From assembly GCA_964291285.2 (NCBI GenBank), contig OZ219789.1:256001-320000 (forward strand): a stretch of 64,000 nt of DNA. Direction: 5' to 3'. The translations under genes were made by a program, and so were the position numbers. Origin of the DNA: Alphaproteobacteria bacterium. Its GTDB lineage: Bacteria; Pseudomonadota; Alphaproteobacteria; Bin95. The notes under the pieces are model-generated. The model ran no database searches and was not told the DNA's origin. It saw only the letters and a list, made by a program, of their open reading frames with translations. Positions 40,963 to 50,103 of this stretch are shown piece by piece. Numbering within the stretch: position 1 is the first letter of the stretch; every line of letters starts with the position of its first letter.

Positions 40963-42054
40963 ATGCAGCACGAACCGTCTCCCGCCGCCGCCGTCGCCGC
41001 CGCGCTTGCCGCGCGCGCCGAGGACGTCTGCCGGCAATATCTGCCGCATGGCCGCCGGCAGGGCCGCTACTGGATCTGCGGCGACCTCGACGGCGCTCGT
41101 GGGCGCTCGCTCTTCGTCCGCCTCTCCGGCTCGGGCAAGCCGGGCGGCTGGACGGATGCGGCAACGGGGCAGCACGGCGACCTGCTCGACCTCATCCGCT
41201 ACCGCTCGCGCGCGCCGACGCTGCGCGCGGCGCTCGACGAGGCGCGGCGGTTCCTCGCCTTGCCGCCCGCCCCGGACTTCGTTCCGGGCCCCCCGGACGC
41301 GCCTTACGACGCGACCGAGGCCGCGCGGCGCCTGTGGCGGCGCTGTCGCCCCATCGCCGGCAGCCATGCGGAGCGCTATCTGCACGCGCGCGGGCTCGCG
41401 CGCTGCCGCTTCGCGGCGCTGCGCTATCATCCCTCGCTTCGCTACCTCGAAGGCTCGGCGGTGCGCCGCTTCCCGGCGCTGGTCGCCGCCGTCACCGGCG
41501 ACGACGGCCGCCTGCACGGCCTGCATCGCACCTGGCTCGATCCGCGCCGACCCGCCAAGGCGGGCGTCGCGCTGCCGCGCAAGGCGCTCGGGCGCATTCG
41601 CGGCCTCGCCGTGCGCTTCGGCGCGCCTGCCGGCGGCCTCGCGCCGCTCGTCGTCGGCGAGGGCATCGAGACGGTGCTCTCGCTGGTGACTGCCGTGCCG
41701 GAGATCCGGGCGGCCGCGGCGCTGTCGGCCGGCAGCCTCGGCGCGTTCGCGCCGCCGCCCGGCACGGCCCGCCTCGTCATCGCCCGCGACAATGACGAGG
41801 ACGGCGCGCTCGCCGCCGAGCGCCTCGCCCGGCGCTGCGCGCAAGCGGGCGTCGCCGCCACCGTCATCGTGCCCGTCGGCAACGACTTCAACGACGACCT
41901 CGTCGATCTGGGCGCCGCCGCGCTCCGCGCCCGCTTCGCGCCGCTGTTCCGCGCCGGAGCCCGCCCGGCGGTTGCCGGAGGAAAAGAAAAGCCGGGGGCC
42001 GGGCGAGCCGACCCGGAGAGAGGAGGGAGCCGATGGATGCCGTCATCAACCTGA
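40963..42054 (+). CDS. Toprim-domain primase-like protein (intact copy)
   Basis: GDLLDLI, LHRTWLD, VVGEGIETVLS, IARDND, NDFNDDL; RBS AAGGAGG. Confidence 0.88.
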   Translation: MQHEPSPAAAVAAALAARAEDVCRQYLPHGRRQGRYWICGDLDGARGRSLFVRLSGSGKPGGWTDAATGQHGDLLDLIRYRSRAPTLRAALDEARRFLALPPAPDFVPGPPDAPYDATEAARRLWRRCRPIAGSHAERYLHARGLARCRFAALRYHPSLRYLEGSAVRRFPALVAAVTGDDGRLHGLHRTWLDPRRPAKAGVALPRKALGRIRGLAVRFGAPAGGLAPLVVGEGIETVLSLVTAVPEIRAAAALSAGSLGAFAPPPGTARLVIARDNDEDGALAAERLARRCAQAGVAATVIVPVGNDFNDDLVDLGAAALRARFAPLFRAGARPAVAGGKEKPGAGRADPERGGSRWMPSST

Positions 42055-42365
42055 AGCGCGAACCCCGACTGCGCGAGGCGTTCGAACATGCGCTTGTGGT
42101 CAACAACACCGTGCTGGTCGACCGCCGCACGAAATGGGGGAACCGCTTCGAAGACGAGCCCGGCCTGTCGCCCGCGCAGGCAGTCGCCTGCTACCGCGCG
42201 GACCTCTGGCATCGCATCCGCGCGGGCGAGGTCTCGGTGGAGGAACTGGCCGCACTGGACGGCTGCTGGCTCGCCTGCTGGTCCGACCCTCCCTGCCACG
42301 GCGACGTGCTGGCGCGCGCAGCGCATTGGGCGGCCGGGCAGCTGGCGGAGCGGGCCGATGCGTGA
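42033..42365 (+). CDS. DUF4326 domain protein (second copy)
   Basis: VDRRTKWGNRF, LACWSDPPCHGDVL. Confidence 0.82.
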   Translation: MDAVINLKREPRLREAFEHALVVNNTVLVDRRTKWGNRFEDEPGLSPAQAVACYRADLWHRIRAGEVSVEELAALDGCWLACWSDPPCHGDVLARAAHWAAGQLAERADA

Positions 42366-42469
42366 CGCGACGCCGTGCTTCCCCTCGAACGCCGCACCAG
42401 GCCGAACCGCCCATGGGGTCCGTGCGGGTGGAGAGAATACGCCTGCTGATGTGCTGTCCCATTGTGCCA

Positions 42470-42776
42470 CACGTGCTCGGGCCAGCAACCCTGAAGGGTC
42501 CTCCGGTCGCAAGCTCCCTGCGGCCTGGCCAAGAAGCTCTAGAGGGGCGGAGTGGTGCGGAAAGTAGCCGACCGTGAAGATCGCGTGGCAGAGGCCGTGC
42601 CCGGCGCGCAACGCGGTGCGAACGCGATCTTCCGCACCAAGATTCGGCGACTTTCCGCACCACTCCGCCCCAAGAGCTTCTAGGGCCAGGTGCTTGCCCT
42701 GTGCGCGCGTGACCCAACAGGACATCACATCGGGGATCGGCCCCGAACGTGCAACCCGATCGCAAGGAGATCGACA
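42470..42776 (+). promoter_or_regulatory. Conserved long-hairpin leader upstream of the DUF2493 gene (homologue 5188-5455)
   Basis: Nested inverted repeats, for example GGGGCGGAGTGGTGCGGAAAGT / ACTTTCCGCACCACTCCGCCCC, with compensatory changes between the two copies. Confidence 0.55.
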
Positions 42777-43856
42777 ATGACCTTCGATATCGACACCACC
42801 CGGACCGGCGAACAGTCCGCCACCGCCGCCGCCTGCGAAGCCGCTGCGTTGTTCGGCGCCACCCCCGGCCCGGACGAGTTCGACAACCGGCCGCTGTGGG
42901 AGGCCCCGGACCGCATCAGGACCGTCCCCCACGGCGAGCTCACCTTTGCCGAGCAGCGCACCCGGCGGCGGGAGTACACGGTGCGGCGCGACCAGGACCC
43001 GAACCTCCACCCCGGCGATCCGCTCGACGTGCCCGACCTCCGCGCCGCGTTCGAGGACTCGCACCTGCCCGCCATCGTGCACGAGATCATCGACCTTGCC
43101 GCCGAGCGTCTGTGCGCCGATGGAACCAAGCTCGCCGACGAGCGCGAGAGCCTCATCTGGGGCCTGGTGAACTGCTTCCACGCCCAGACACAGAGGATCG
43201 ACCGCGCGCTCGACCGCATGATCCCGGAACTGCGCGACCTCGAACGCGCCCAGGACGGCACCGAGATCCCGGCGCGCGAGCTGGAGTTGATGACCGACAG
43301 GGCGCACAACATGGGCGACCGTCGCGACGCGCTGGAGATCTTCCGTGATTGCGCCGCCGAGGCCTACCGCGCCCGCACCGGCGAGGTCTGGAGGCCCCGC
43401 ACCGGCAGCCATGCGAGCCGCACCGGCAATCTGACCTCCGCCGCCATCGACGCCCGGGACTTCCGGCGCGCGAGGAAGGACCGCGAGACGAACGCGCATC
43501 TGCCGGCGGGAACCCTGATCGCCATCGCCGGCGGCAAGGACGTCACCGACCCGGCCGCCGTCATCGCCCGCCTCGACAGGGCCCGCGCCAAGTATGCCGA
43601 CATGGTGCTCGTGCATGGCGGCGGGCCCGGCGTCGAGAAGATCGCGGCGCGCTGGGCCGAGCGCAACGGCGTCCACCAGGTCGTCTGCAAGCCGGACTGG
43701 GACCGCCACGGCCGCGCCGCCCCGTTCAGGCGCAACGACGAACTGCTCAACCTCCTGCCGAAGGGCGTGATCGCGTTCCCCGGCTCCGGCATCACCGAGA
43801 ACCTCGTCGACAAGGCGCGCACCCTCGGCATCCCGGTGATGAAGGTCGCAGCCTGA
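42777..43856 (+). CDS. DUF2493 / YspA-like SLOG domain protein (second copy, longer N-terminus)
   Basis: C-terminus nearly identical to 4261-5187; RBS AAGGAG. Confidence 0.87.
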   Translation: MTFDIDTTRTGEQSATAAACEAAALFGATPGPDEFDNRPLWEAPDRIRTVPHGELTFAEQRTRRREYTVRRDQDPNLHPGDPLDVPDLRAAFEDSHLPAIVHEIIDLAAERLCADGTKLADERESLIWGLVNCFHAQTQRIDRALDRMIPELRDLERAQDGTEIPARELELMTDRAHNMGDRRDALEIFRDCAAEAYRARTGEVWRPRTGSHASRTGNLTSAAIDARDFRRARKDRETNAHLPAGTLIAIAGGKDVTDPAAVIARLDRARAKYADMVLVHGGGPGVEKIAARWAERNGVHQVVCKPDWDRHGRAAPFRRNDELLNLLPKGVIAFPGSGITENLVDKARTLGIPVMKVAA

Positions 43857-43870
43857 CCGGAACCGTCCCG

Positions 43871-43917
43871 CGGGCCGCGTCGTCGCTCCGGCGGCGGCGC
43901 GGCCCGTTTCCTGTTTC
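43871..43917 (+). terminator. Probable intrinsic terminator
   Basis: CGGGCCGCGTCGTCG-loop-CGGCGGCGCGGCCCG then TTTCCTGTTT. Confidence 0.65.
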
Positions 43918-44920
43918 GCACACCGATGACGCGGCAACGCCAACCTCGCGCGCGCTTCGCGCCGCGCTCGCCGCCTCGCTGCGCTCGGCGTCCCCGGCTG
44001 CCGCGAACGTATCGTGGCGGGCACCGGAGCGGAATGCGGCGGTCGAGAGGTGGAGCCGAGGAGGTGGACCGGGCCGGGCCGAAACATGCGCACCCTCCGG
44101 GCCGCTTCGCGGCGGCTTGCGCCGTGCGGATGTTTCTCTGAAGACCCGGCCCTCCGTCCTTGTTCATTCCGCACCGTCAACCGGCAACCTTCGCCCTCCG
44201 CTGCTGTCCTCGTTCCTGCGGGCAGCGTCTCCGGGCGCGAGCTTGCCTCTTCCGTGGCGAGACCGTGGCAGGTGCGCGCCGGGAGACCGCGCGCAGCGCC
44301 CGGAGGCTGCACGACACGGCTCCCCTTCGGGATGCGCCGCGCCGCGCAGCCTCCGGGCGCATGACGGCACTTGCCCCGGACCGCTGTCCGGGCATGCCGC
44401 TCGCGATGCTCGCGCGGGCGCTCCCGCCCCGTCGCGCGCTTCGCCGCGCTCGCCGCTGCGCCATGCTCCGCATGGATGCATCGGCTACTGCGCCGATCCC
44501 GGCGCACCGCCCGCCGCACTGCCGCCGGCGTAAGTGCCGACGGCTCCGCCGCCCCGCTCGGCACGGTGCTTCGCACCAGTGTCCTCGCTCGCGTCGGCGA
44601 GGCCGTCCGCTCAAACGCCGCGGCGGCTTCCCTCCGCCGGGTTCCCCGGCGTCGATTTCCCGACCTCCCGTACAGCGCAAATCAGGCTCTGACCGGCCAT
44701 TGCCGGCCTCGGTTTGGCACACCCCACGCATCCTTGATGCAAAGAGCGAGGCCCGGCCGGCCTGCATCGGTCGGCAGTTTTCCGTTGCGTGACAGACGGT
44801 TGGGCCTGACCCGGCCTCTGACCGCGGTTTCGCGCGCGGGTCGCGTTGTCCGTTCAAGAGCGCCGTTCCGTTCCCCCGGGACGGACGGCGCCCGAGGGAA
44901 CAGACAACGGAGACACGCCC

Positions 44921-46057
44921 ATGCGCATCCATGCCCCCGTCAACGAGCGGACGGTCCGCCGCACCTTCAGGGAGAAGAAACCCGGACGATACGGCCTGAC
45001 CGTCATCGACAGGGACCTGCCCGCCTTCGGCTTCACCGTCGCCGGGAACGGGACGAAGACCTTCTTCGTCCGGACCTCACGCCAGTTCGGCGCGCCCAAG
45101 GCGATCCTCGGCACGACCGACGACATGACCGCCGCCGAGGCGAGGGAGAAGGCCATTGCCGCCATCGCCGAAGCCAAAGCCGACCGCGAGACCGGGCCGC
45201 TGTTCGCCGACTTCGCGGCCGACTTCATGCGCCGCCAGGGGCGGCGCTGGAAACCCTCCACGAGGAAGGCCAACGCCCATCTGGTCGAGCGCGGCCTCGT
45301 GCCCTTCTTCGGCGCGATGCCCGTCGCGAAGATCGACCGCGCCGATGTGCGGCGCTGGTTCGATTCCCTCAGCGGCGCCCCCGGCAGCGCCAACCGGACC
45401 CTGCCGGTGCTCTCGGTGATGATGCGGCAGGCGGAGCTATGGGACCTTCGCCCGCAGGGCTCCAACCCCTGCCGCAACATGCGGCGCTACAGGACGGCGC
45501 CGCGCGAGCGGTTCCTGTCCCTGGACGAGTTGAAGCGCCTCGGCTTCGTCCTCGACCATGCCGAGGACCGGCAGGCCGCCGCCGCCATCCGCCTGCTGCT
45601 GTTCACCGGCGCCCGGTCGTCCGAGATCGCCAGCCTGCAATGGGACTGGATACGGGACACCCGCGCGGTGTTGCCGGACTCCAAGACCGGACCGAAGGCG
45701 CTCCAGCTTCCCCCGCCCGCGCGGGCCGTCCTGAATGGCCTGCCGCGCGAGGGACGCTTCGTCTTCCCGAACGGGAAGGGCGACGGCCCGATGACCGACC
45801 TCGGCCTGCGCTGGCAGAAGCTGCGCGGTCTCGCCGGGCTGGACGATGTGCGCATCCACGACTGCCGGCATACCTTCGCCTCCCATGCCGTGATGAGCGG
45901 CCTCGACCTCTACACCGTCGGCCGCCTGCTCGGCCATGCCGATACCGCCTCCACCGAACGCTACGCCCATCTCGCCGACGAGCATGTCCGCGAGGCGGCC
46001 GGGCGCATCTCCGGCATCGTCCACGGCGCCATGACCGGGAAGGAAAGCGGGCGATGA
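44921..46057 (+). CDS. Tyrosine recombinase/integrase Int1 (right copy)
   Basis: Nearly identical to 2478-3614; R-K-HxxR-H-Y catalytic set intact. Confidence 0.93.
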   Translation: MRIHAPVNERTVRRTFREKKPGRYGLTVIDRDLPAFGFTVAGNGTKTFFVRTSRQFGAPKAILGTTDDMTAAEAREKAIAAIAEAKADRETGPLFADFAADFMRRQGRRWKPSTRKANAHLVERGLVPFFGAMPVAKIDRADVRRWFDSLSGAPGSANRTLPVLSVMMRQAELWDLRPQGSNPCRNMRRYRTAPRERFLSLDELKRLGFVLDHAEDRQAAAAIRLLLFTGARSSEIASLQWDWIRDTRAVLPDSKTGPKALQLPPPARAVLNGLPREGRFVFPNGKGDGPMTDLGLRWQKLRGLAGLDDVRIHDCRHTFASHAVMSGLDLYTVGRLLGHADTASTERYAHLADEHVREAAGRISGIVHGAMTGKESGR

Positions 46058-47403
46058 GCGGCGGCAGGCATCGTGTCCGGCTCACCGTGAAGGCCGTCGC
46101 CGCCGCCAAGCCGGCGGAACGGGAATACACCCTGTGGGACAATCTGCTGGCGCATTTCGGGGTCAGGGTGCAGCCCTCCGGCGTCCGGTCCTGGATCGTC
46201 CAGACCCGCGTCCGGGGACGCATGCGCAAGATCACCCTCGGGCGCTTCCCCGAACTGCCTCTCGACGCGGCGCGCCGGGAAGGCGCAGCCGTGCTCGCCC
46301 GCCTGTGGGGCGGCGAGGACGTGACGCCGCCGCGCAAGGAGAAGGCGCCGCTGTTCCGGGACTTCGCCGCCCGTTACCGCTCGCGGCGGAAACACCGCTG
46401 GAAGCCGTCCTCGCTCAAGACCTTCGATAGCTACATGAAGAACCGCCTGATGCCGCATTTCGGCAGGCTCCGGCTCGACGCCATCGACCATGCGCGGGTC
46501 TCGGCATGGTTCGACGCCGCCAGCGCGGACAGGCCCGGCGCCGCCAACCGCGCCTTCGAGATACTCCGCGCCATGCTCGGGACGGCCCGGCAGTGGGGCG
46601 ACATCGGCGAGCATGTCCCCGATGCCTGCGCCAACATCGTGAAGAACCCCCGCAAGCCTGTCGCGCGTTACCTCAGCCGCGAAGAGCTGGAGCGTCTCGG
46701 CGCGGTGCTCGACCGCCACCGGAAGGAACACCCCTGGCCGGTGGCGGCCATCCGGCTGCTGACGCTCACCGGGGCGCGGCTCTCCGAAGTCATCAACCTC
46801 AGGTGGGACGAGATCGGAGAGTTGACCGGAGACGGCGCGAGCGCGCGCATCGAAGACTCCAAGACCGGGCCGCGCACCATCTGGCTCGGACCCGAAGCGG
46901 CAAGGCTGGTCGAGGCGCTGCCGCGACCGGATGGCCGGGAGCGGGTGTTCCCCGAGACCCTCACACCGGCAAGGCTCTACACCTTCTGGTGCGGTATCCG
47001 CGACGAGGCGGGGCTTCCGGGCCTTCGCATCCACGACTGCCGCCACACCTGGGCCTCGCAGGGCGTCATGAACGGCGTCGGGCTCACCACCGTCGGACGG
47101 CTGCTCGGACACCGCAAGCGGGAGACCACCGCGATCTACGCCCATCTCGACGATGGCGCGCTGCGGGTCGCCGCCGCCCAGGCCGCCGCCGTCATCGCGC
47201 GAGCGATGGGGTACAGGGCGGAGGCGCCTCCGCTGCCGGACGAGGCGGCGCACGGCGATGCATCGGCCGACATACCTGTGCCGTCCAGGCCCGGTGCGTC
47301 GGCATCACCGGAGGGAGGGCGATCCTCCCTCCGGGTCAGGACCGGGGATCCGGAGCGATCGGATGCAAGCATCCGCCGTAGACCGCAGGGTATCGGGATC
47401 TGA
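46054..47403 (+). CDS. Tyrosine recombinase/integrase Int2 (right copy)
   Basis: Nearly identical to 1132-2481 except the C-terminal tail; ATGA-coupled to Int1. Confidence 0.93.
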   Translation: MSGGRHRVRLTVKAVAAAKPAEREYTLWDNLLAHFGVRVQPSGVRSWIVQTRVRGRMRKITLGRFPELPLDAARREGAAVLARLWGGEDVTPPRKEKAPLFRDFAARYRSRRKHRWKPSSLKTFDSYMKNRLMPHFGRLRLDAIDHARVSAWFDAASADRPGAANRAFEILRAMLGTARQWGDIGEHVPDACANIVKNPRKPVARYLSREELERLGAVLDRHRKEHPWPVAAIRLLTLTGARLSEVINLRWDEIGELTGDGASARIEDSKTGPRTIWLGPEAARLVEALPRPDGRERVFPETLTPARLYTFWCGIRDEAGLPGLRIHDCRHTWASQGVMNGVGLTTVGRLLGHRKRETTAIYAHLDDGALRVAAAQAAAVIARAMGYRAEAPPLPDEAAHGDASADIPVPSRPGASASPEGGRSSLRVRTGDPERSDASIRRRPQGIGI

Positions 47404-47448
47404 GTTTGCGGCGGGCATGGAGCCGATCGGGGACCCTCAGGCGGGGTC

Positions 47449-47560
47449 TTTGCCGTGAAAATGGTTGGGGATCGGGCACACAAAAACCCCTCCCCGCCAA
47501 AGCACTGCTTCCGAGGCGTCCGATACTCGCCATCTGCGGCGCCCGTCTTGCGGATCGTGA
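47449..47560 (+). repeat. 112-bp direct repeat (partner 60266-60377)
   Basis: TTTGCCGTGAAAATGGTTGGGGATCGGGC...GTCTTGCGGATCGTGA with a few mismatches. Confidence 0.9.
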
Positions 47561-47710
47561 ATCGAAGCCGCTGGACCGCATCGGCGAGGCCGCCATCCGG
47601 CGCTGGTTCGAGCGATACAGCCGCACCGCGCCGGGCAACGCCAATCCCTGCCTTGCCCGTCTGCGGCAGATACTCAACTTCGCCCTCGCCTGCGGCCACA
47701 TCGAGGTCAA

Positions 47711-49406
47711 CCTAAATCCGGCAGTTGACGAGCTTGATCGCTGTCTCGGGGTAGTGTGAACGGTCGGATTTGGGCGTGGATTTCAGCACGTGGTCGCGGC
47801 CCTGGGTGGCGGCAGCCAGGGTTGACGCCCCGGTTCGCGGCCATGGAGGTATTTCCTGAGCGCCTCGGCGAGGATGCGGCGCCAGCGATCCCCGGCGCTC
47901 AACTGCTCCGCAGTTTGCGTCAGCGACCGGAAGAAGCCGGCGATCCGGCGCAGCGCCGCCATCACCGTCTTGCGACGCCCGTGATGGGAGGTCACCGTCA
48001 GCCGGGTCTGGCCGGCGTGGTGGGTCTGGCGGGCAACCCCGTGCAGGAGCAGCGGCCGGCTGGTGATCGCCTCGCGGTGATGGTCGGGGTCGGCGAGGCG
48101 CACGAACAGGCTCCACCAGTTGTAGATGAGCGCGATCAGCCGGGCCATGTGCCGGCAGCGCGTCAGGTCGCGCGTGGTGAAGCCGCCCCAACCCCACTGG
48201 TTCTTCAACTCGTCGAAGCCGTTCTCCGCGTCCGCCCGGTCGCGGTAGAGCTGGGCCAGCGAGCGTATCTCCAGGTCCAGCGAGGTCGCCAGCACCGCGA
48301 ACTCCCACACCCCGGTGCCGGGCTGCGCCTCGGTCCAGAACAGCTCGCCCTGGGCCTTGTCGCCACGCGTCAGCGCCAGCGTCGCAGGAAGCCGCCGACG
48401 CAGCACCACAACCCGGCGCGTCCGGCTCCAGCCCTGCAGACGCAGATCGGCCCCGATCCCCGACCAGCCCTGGCCTGCATCCTCCCAGCCGTCCCGCACC
48501 ATCAGCCGCTCGGCAAGCCGGCGCGCCCCCTTCGTCAGGCGCAGCTTGAACAAATAGTCCAGACCCGCAGCCTCGCACGACGCCATGTTGGCCTCGCTGC
48601 CCCAGTCCTTATCGCCCCGCACCAGACGCGGCCAGCGATCCCGACCGAGACGGTCGAGCAACGCCCACAAGGACGGCGCCGCGCGCCTCGAATGGTGATG
48701 GTTGCCCGGCGCCACCTCGACATCCAGAACAAGCCGCGTGCCCGCCATCAGGAACGCATGGCAGGCATGCGAGGGGCGGCCCGGCTTCTTCGGGTTGTAG
48801 CTCACAACCGCCCCCTCCTGACGACCGTAAAGCGCCTTGATCGTCGTGTCGCAGTCCAGAACCCACGGCTCCCTCAGCAGCGGACGGACCACCTCGTCCA
48901 GATGGCCCTGAAGCCACGATGTGCCGACATCCGCACCGATCCGCTCCAGACCGCGCCGCACCGAATCCTCGCTCGCAACCTTGTCCATACCCAGCAGCGC
49001 AGGGTTCACCCCGTCGCCGCGCAGCGACGTGATGTGCGCATAGCGAGACTGCCCCGCCAGAACCGACAGAAGAACCGTCCCCAGGACATCCCGCTTCGAC
49101 GGCGCGTTCGGGCTCGTGTAGTGCAGCGGGCAGTCCGCAACCAAAGCGTCAAAGCGACCGCTTACCTTCAGGTATTCCGAGAAAAACGCCAGATGCCCCA
49201 GCGGCGTCACCGCCGCATCAGGGTCCCATTCCACATGAACCGCGCCGCCGAAGGTGTCCACCTTCACCGACGCTCGGGCGACATCCCGCACAGCGCCAGG
49301 ATAATCACCCAAAGGGTGAGCCTCTTCGGCCCCTGAAAAGCCGCTCATACCCGCAGACTACAAGGGATTCGGCAAGGCCAAGCCATCCTCAACTGCCGGA
49401 TTTAGG
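47711..49406 (-). mobile_element. IS1380-family element, copy 1
   Basis: Perfect IR CCTAAATCCGGCAGTTGA; 5-bp TSD GTCAA; 1696 bp. Confidence 0.92.
47783..49348 (-). CDS. IS1380-family DDE transposase
   Basis: LDCDTTIKALYGRQEG, RGDKDWG, YRDRADAENGFDELK. Confidence 0.9.
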   Translation of the reverse strand: MSGFSGAEEAHPLGDYPGAVRDVARASVKVDTFGGAVHVEWDPDAAVTPLGHLAFFSEYLKVSGRFDALVADCPLHYTSPNAPSKRDVLGTVLLSVLAGQSRYAHITSLRGDGVNPALLGMDKVASEDSVRRGLERIGADVGTSWLQGHLDEVVRPLLREPWVLDCDTTIKALYGRQEGAVVSYNPKKPGRPSHACHAFLMAGTRLVLDVEVAPGNHHHSRRAAPSLWALLDRLGRDRWPRLVRGDKDWGSEANMASCEAAGLDYLFKLRLTKGARRLAERLMVRDGWEDAGQGWSGIGADLRLQGWSRTRRVVVLRRRLPATLALTRGDKAQGELFWTEAQPGTGVWEFAVLATSLDLEIRSLAQLYRDRADAENGFDELKNQWGWGGFTTRDLTRCRHMARLIALIYNWWSLFVRLADPDHHREAITSRPLLLHGVARQTHHAGQTRLTVTSHHGRRKTVMAALRRIAGFFRSLTQTAEQLSAGDRWRRILAEALRKYLHGREPGRQPWLPPPRAATTC

Positions 49407-50103
49407 GTCAATCCCGTCGGGCGCATCGCCCCGAACCGCCGCACGGCGCTCACGCGGTTCCTGTCCCGGGAGGAACTCGCACGCCTCCATGCCGCCTTGG
49501 ACGCGCAGACCCGGAAGAGCGCGCGGCAGCAGGCCGACATCGTCCGCCTCCTGCTGCTGACCGGCTGCCGCAGAAGCGAGATCACGGGCCTGCGCTGGTC
49601 CGAAGTCCGCGAGGACGGGCTGGCGCTCACCGATGCCAAGACCGGACCGAGGACGGTCCCGCTCGGCAGCGGGGCCCGGGCCATTCTCGACCGGCAGCCG
49701 CGCACGGGCAGCCCGTTCGTGTTTCCTTCGCCGTGCGACCCCGCCCGCCCGCGCAGCCCCGACCTGCCGCTCTGGTACCGCGTCAGACGCGAAGCCGGCA
49801 TCGGGGATGTCCGCCTTCATGACCTGCGCCATACCATGGCCAGCCATGCGGTGATGAACGGCGTGCCGGTCCCGGTGGTCTCCCGCCTGCTCGGGCATTC
49901 CAGTGTGCGCATGACGCTGCGCTACGCCCATCTCGCCGACCGCGACATCGAGGCCGCCGCGGAACGCGTCGGGCAGGCCATGAGCGCCGTGCTGGAGACA
50001 TGACCGGGGCGGCCGCGGCAGACCCGCTCCTTCATGAGCGAATGGCGCCGGTCTTCTGCCTGCGCCGCACCCGGCCCGATGCTGCCGCTATCGGCGTGTC
50101 CGG

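Larger units (their letters stand above)
47561..50003 (+). pseudogene. Third tyrosine recombinase, 5'-truncated and split by IS1380
   Basis: SKPLDRIGEAAIRRWF...APGNAN...GHIEVN|PVGRIAPNRRTALTRFLSREEL...TGCRRSE...DAKTG...RLHDLRH...LLGH...LRYAH rejoin across the IS. Confidence 0.87.

Noticed and set aside
44371-47403. 1010-aa and 654-aa (1132-3096) extended integrase ORFs
   Set aside because: The extensions overlap int1 out of frame; the ATGA-coupled starts at 46054 and 2481 are more plausible.
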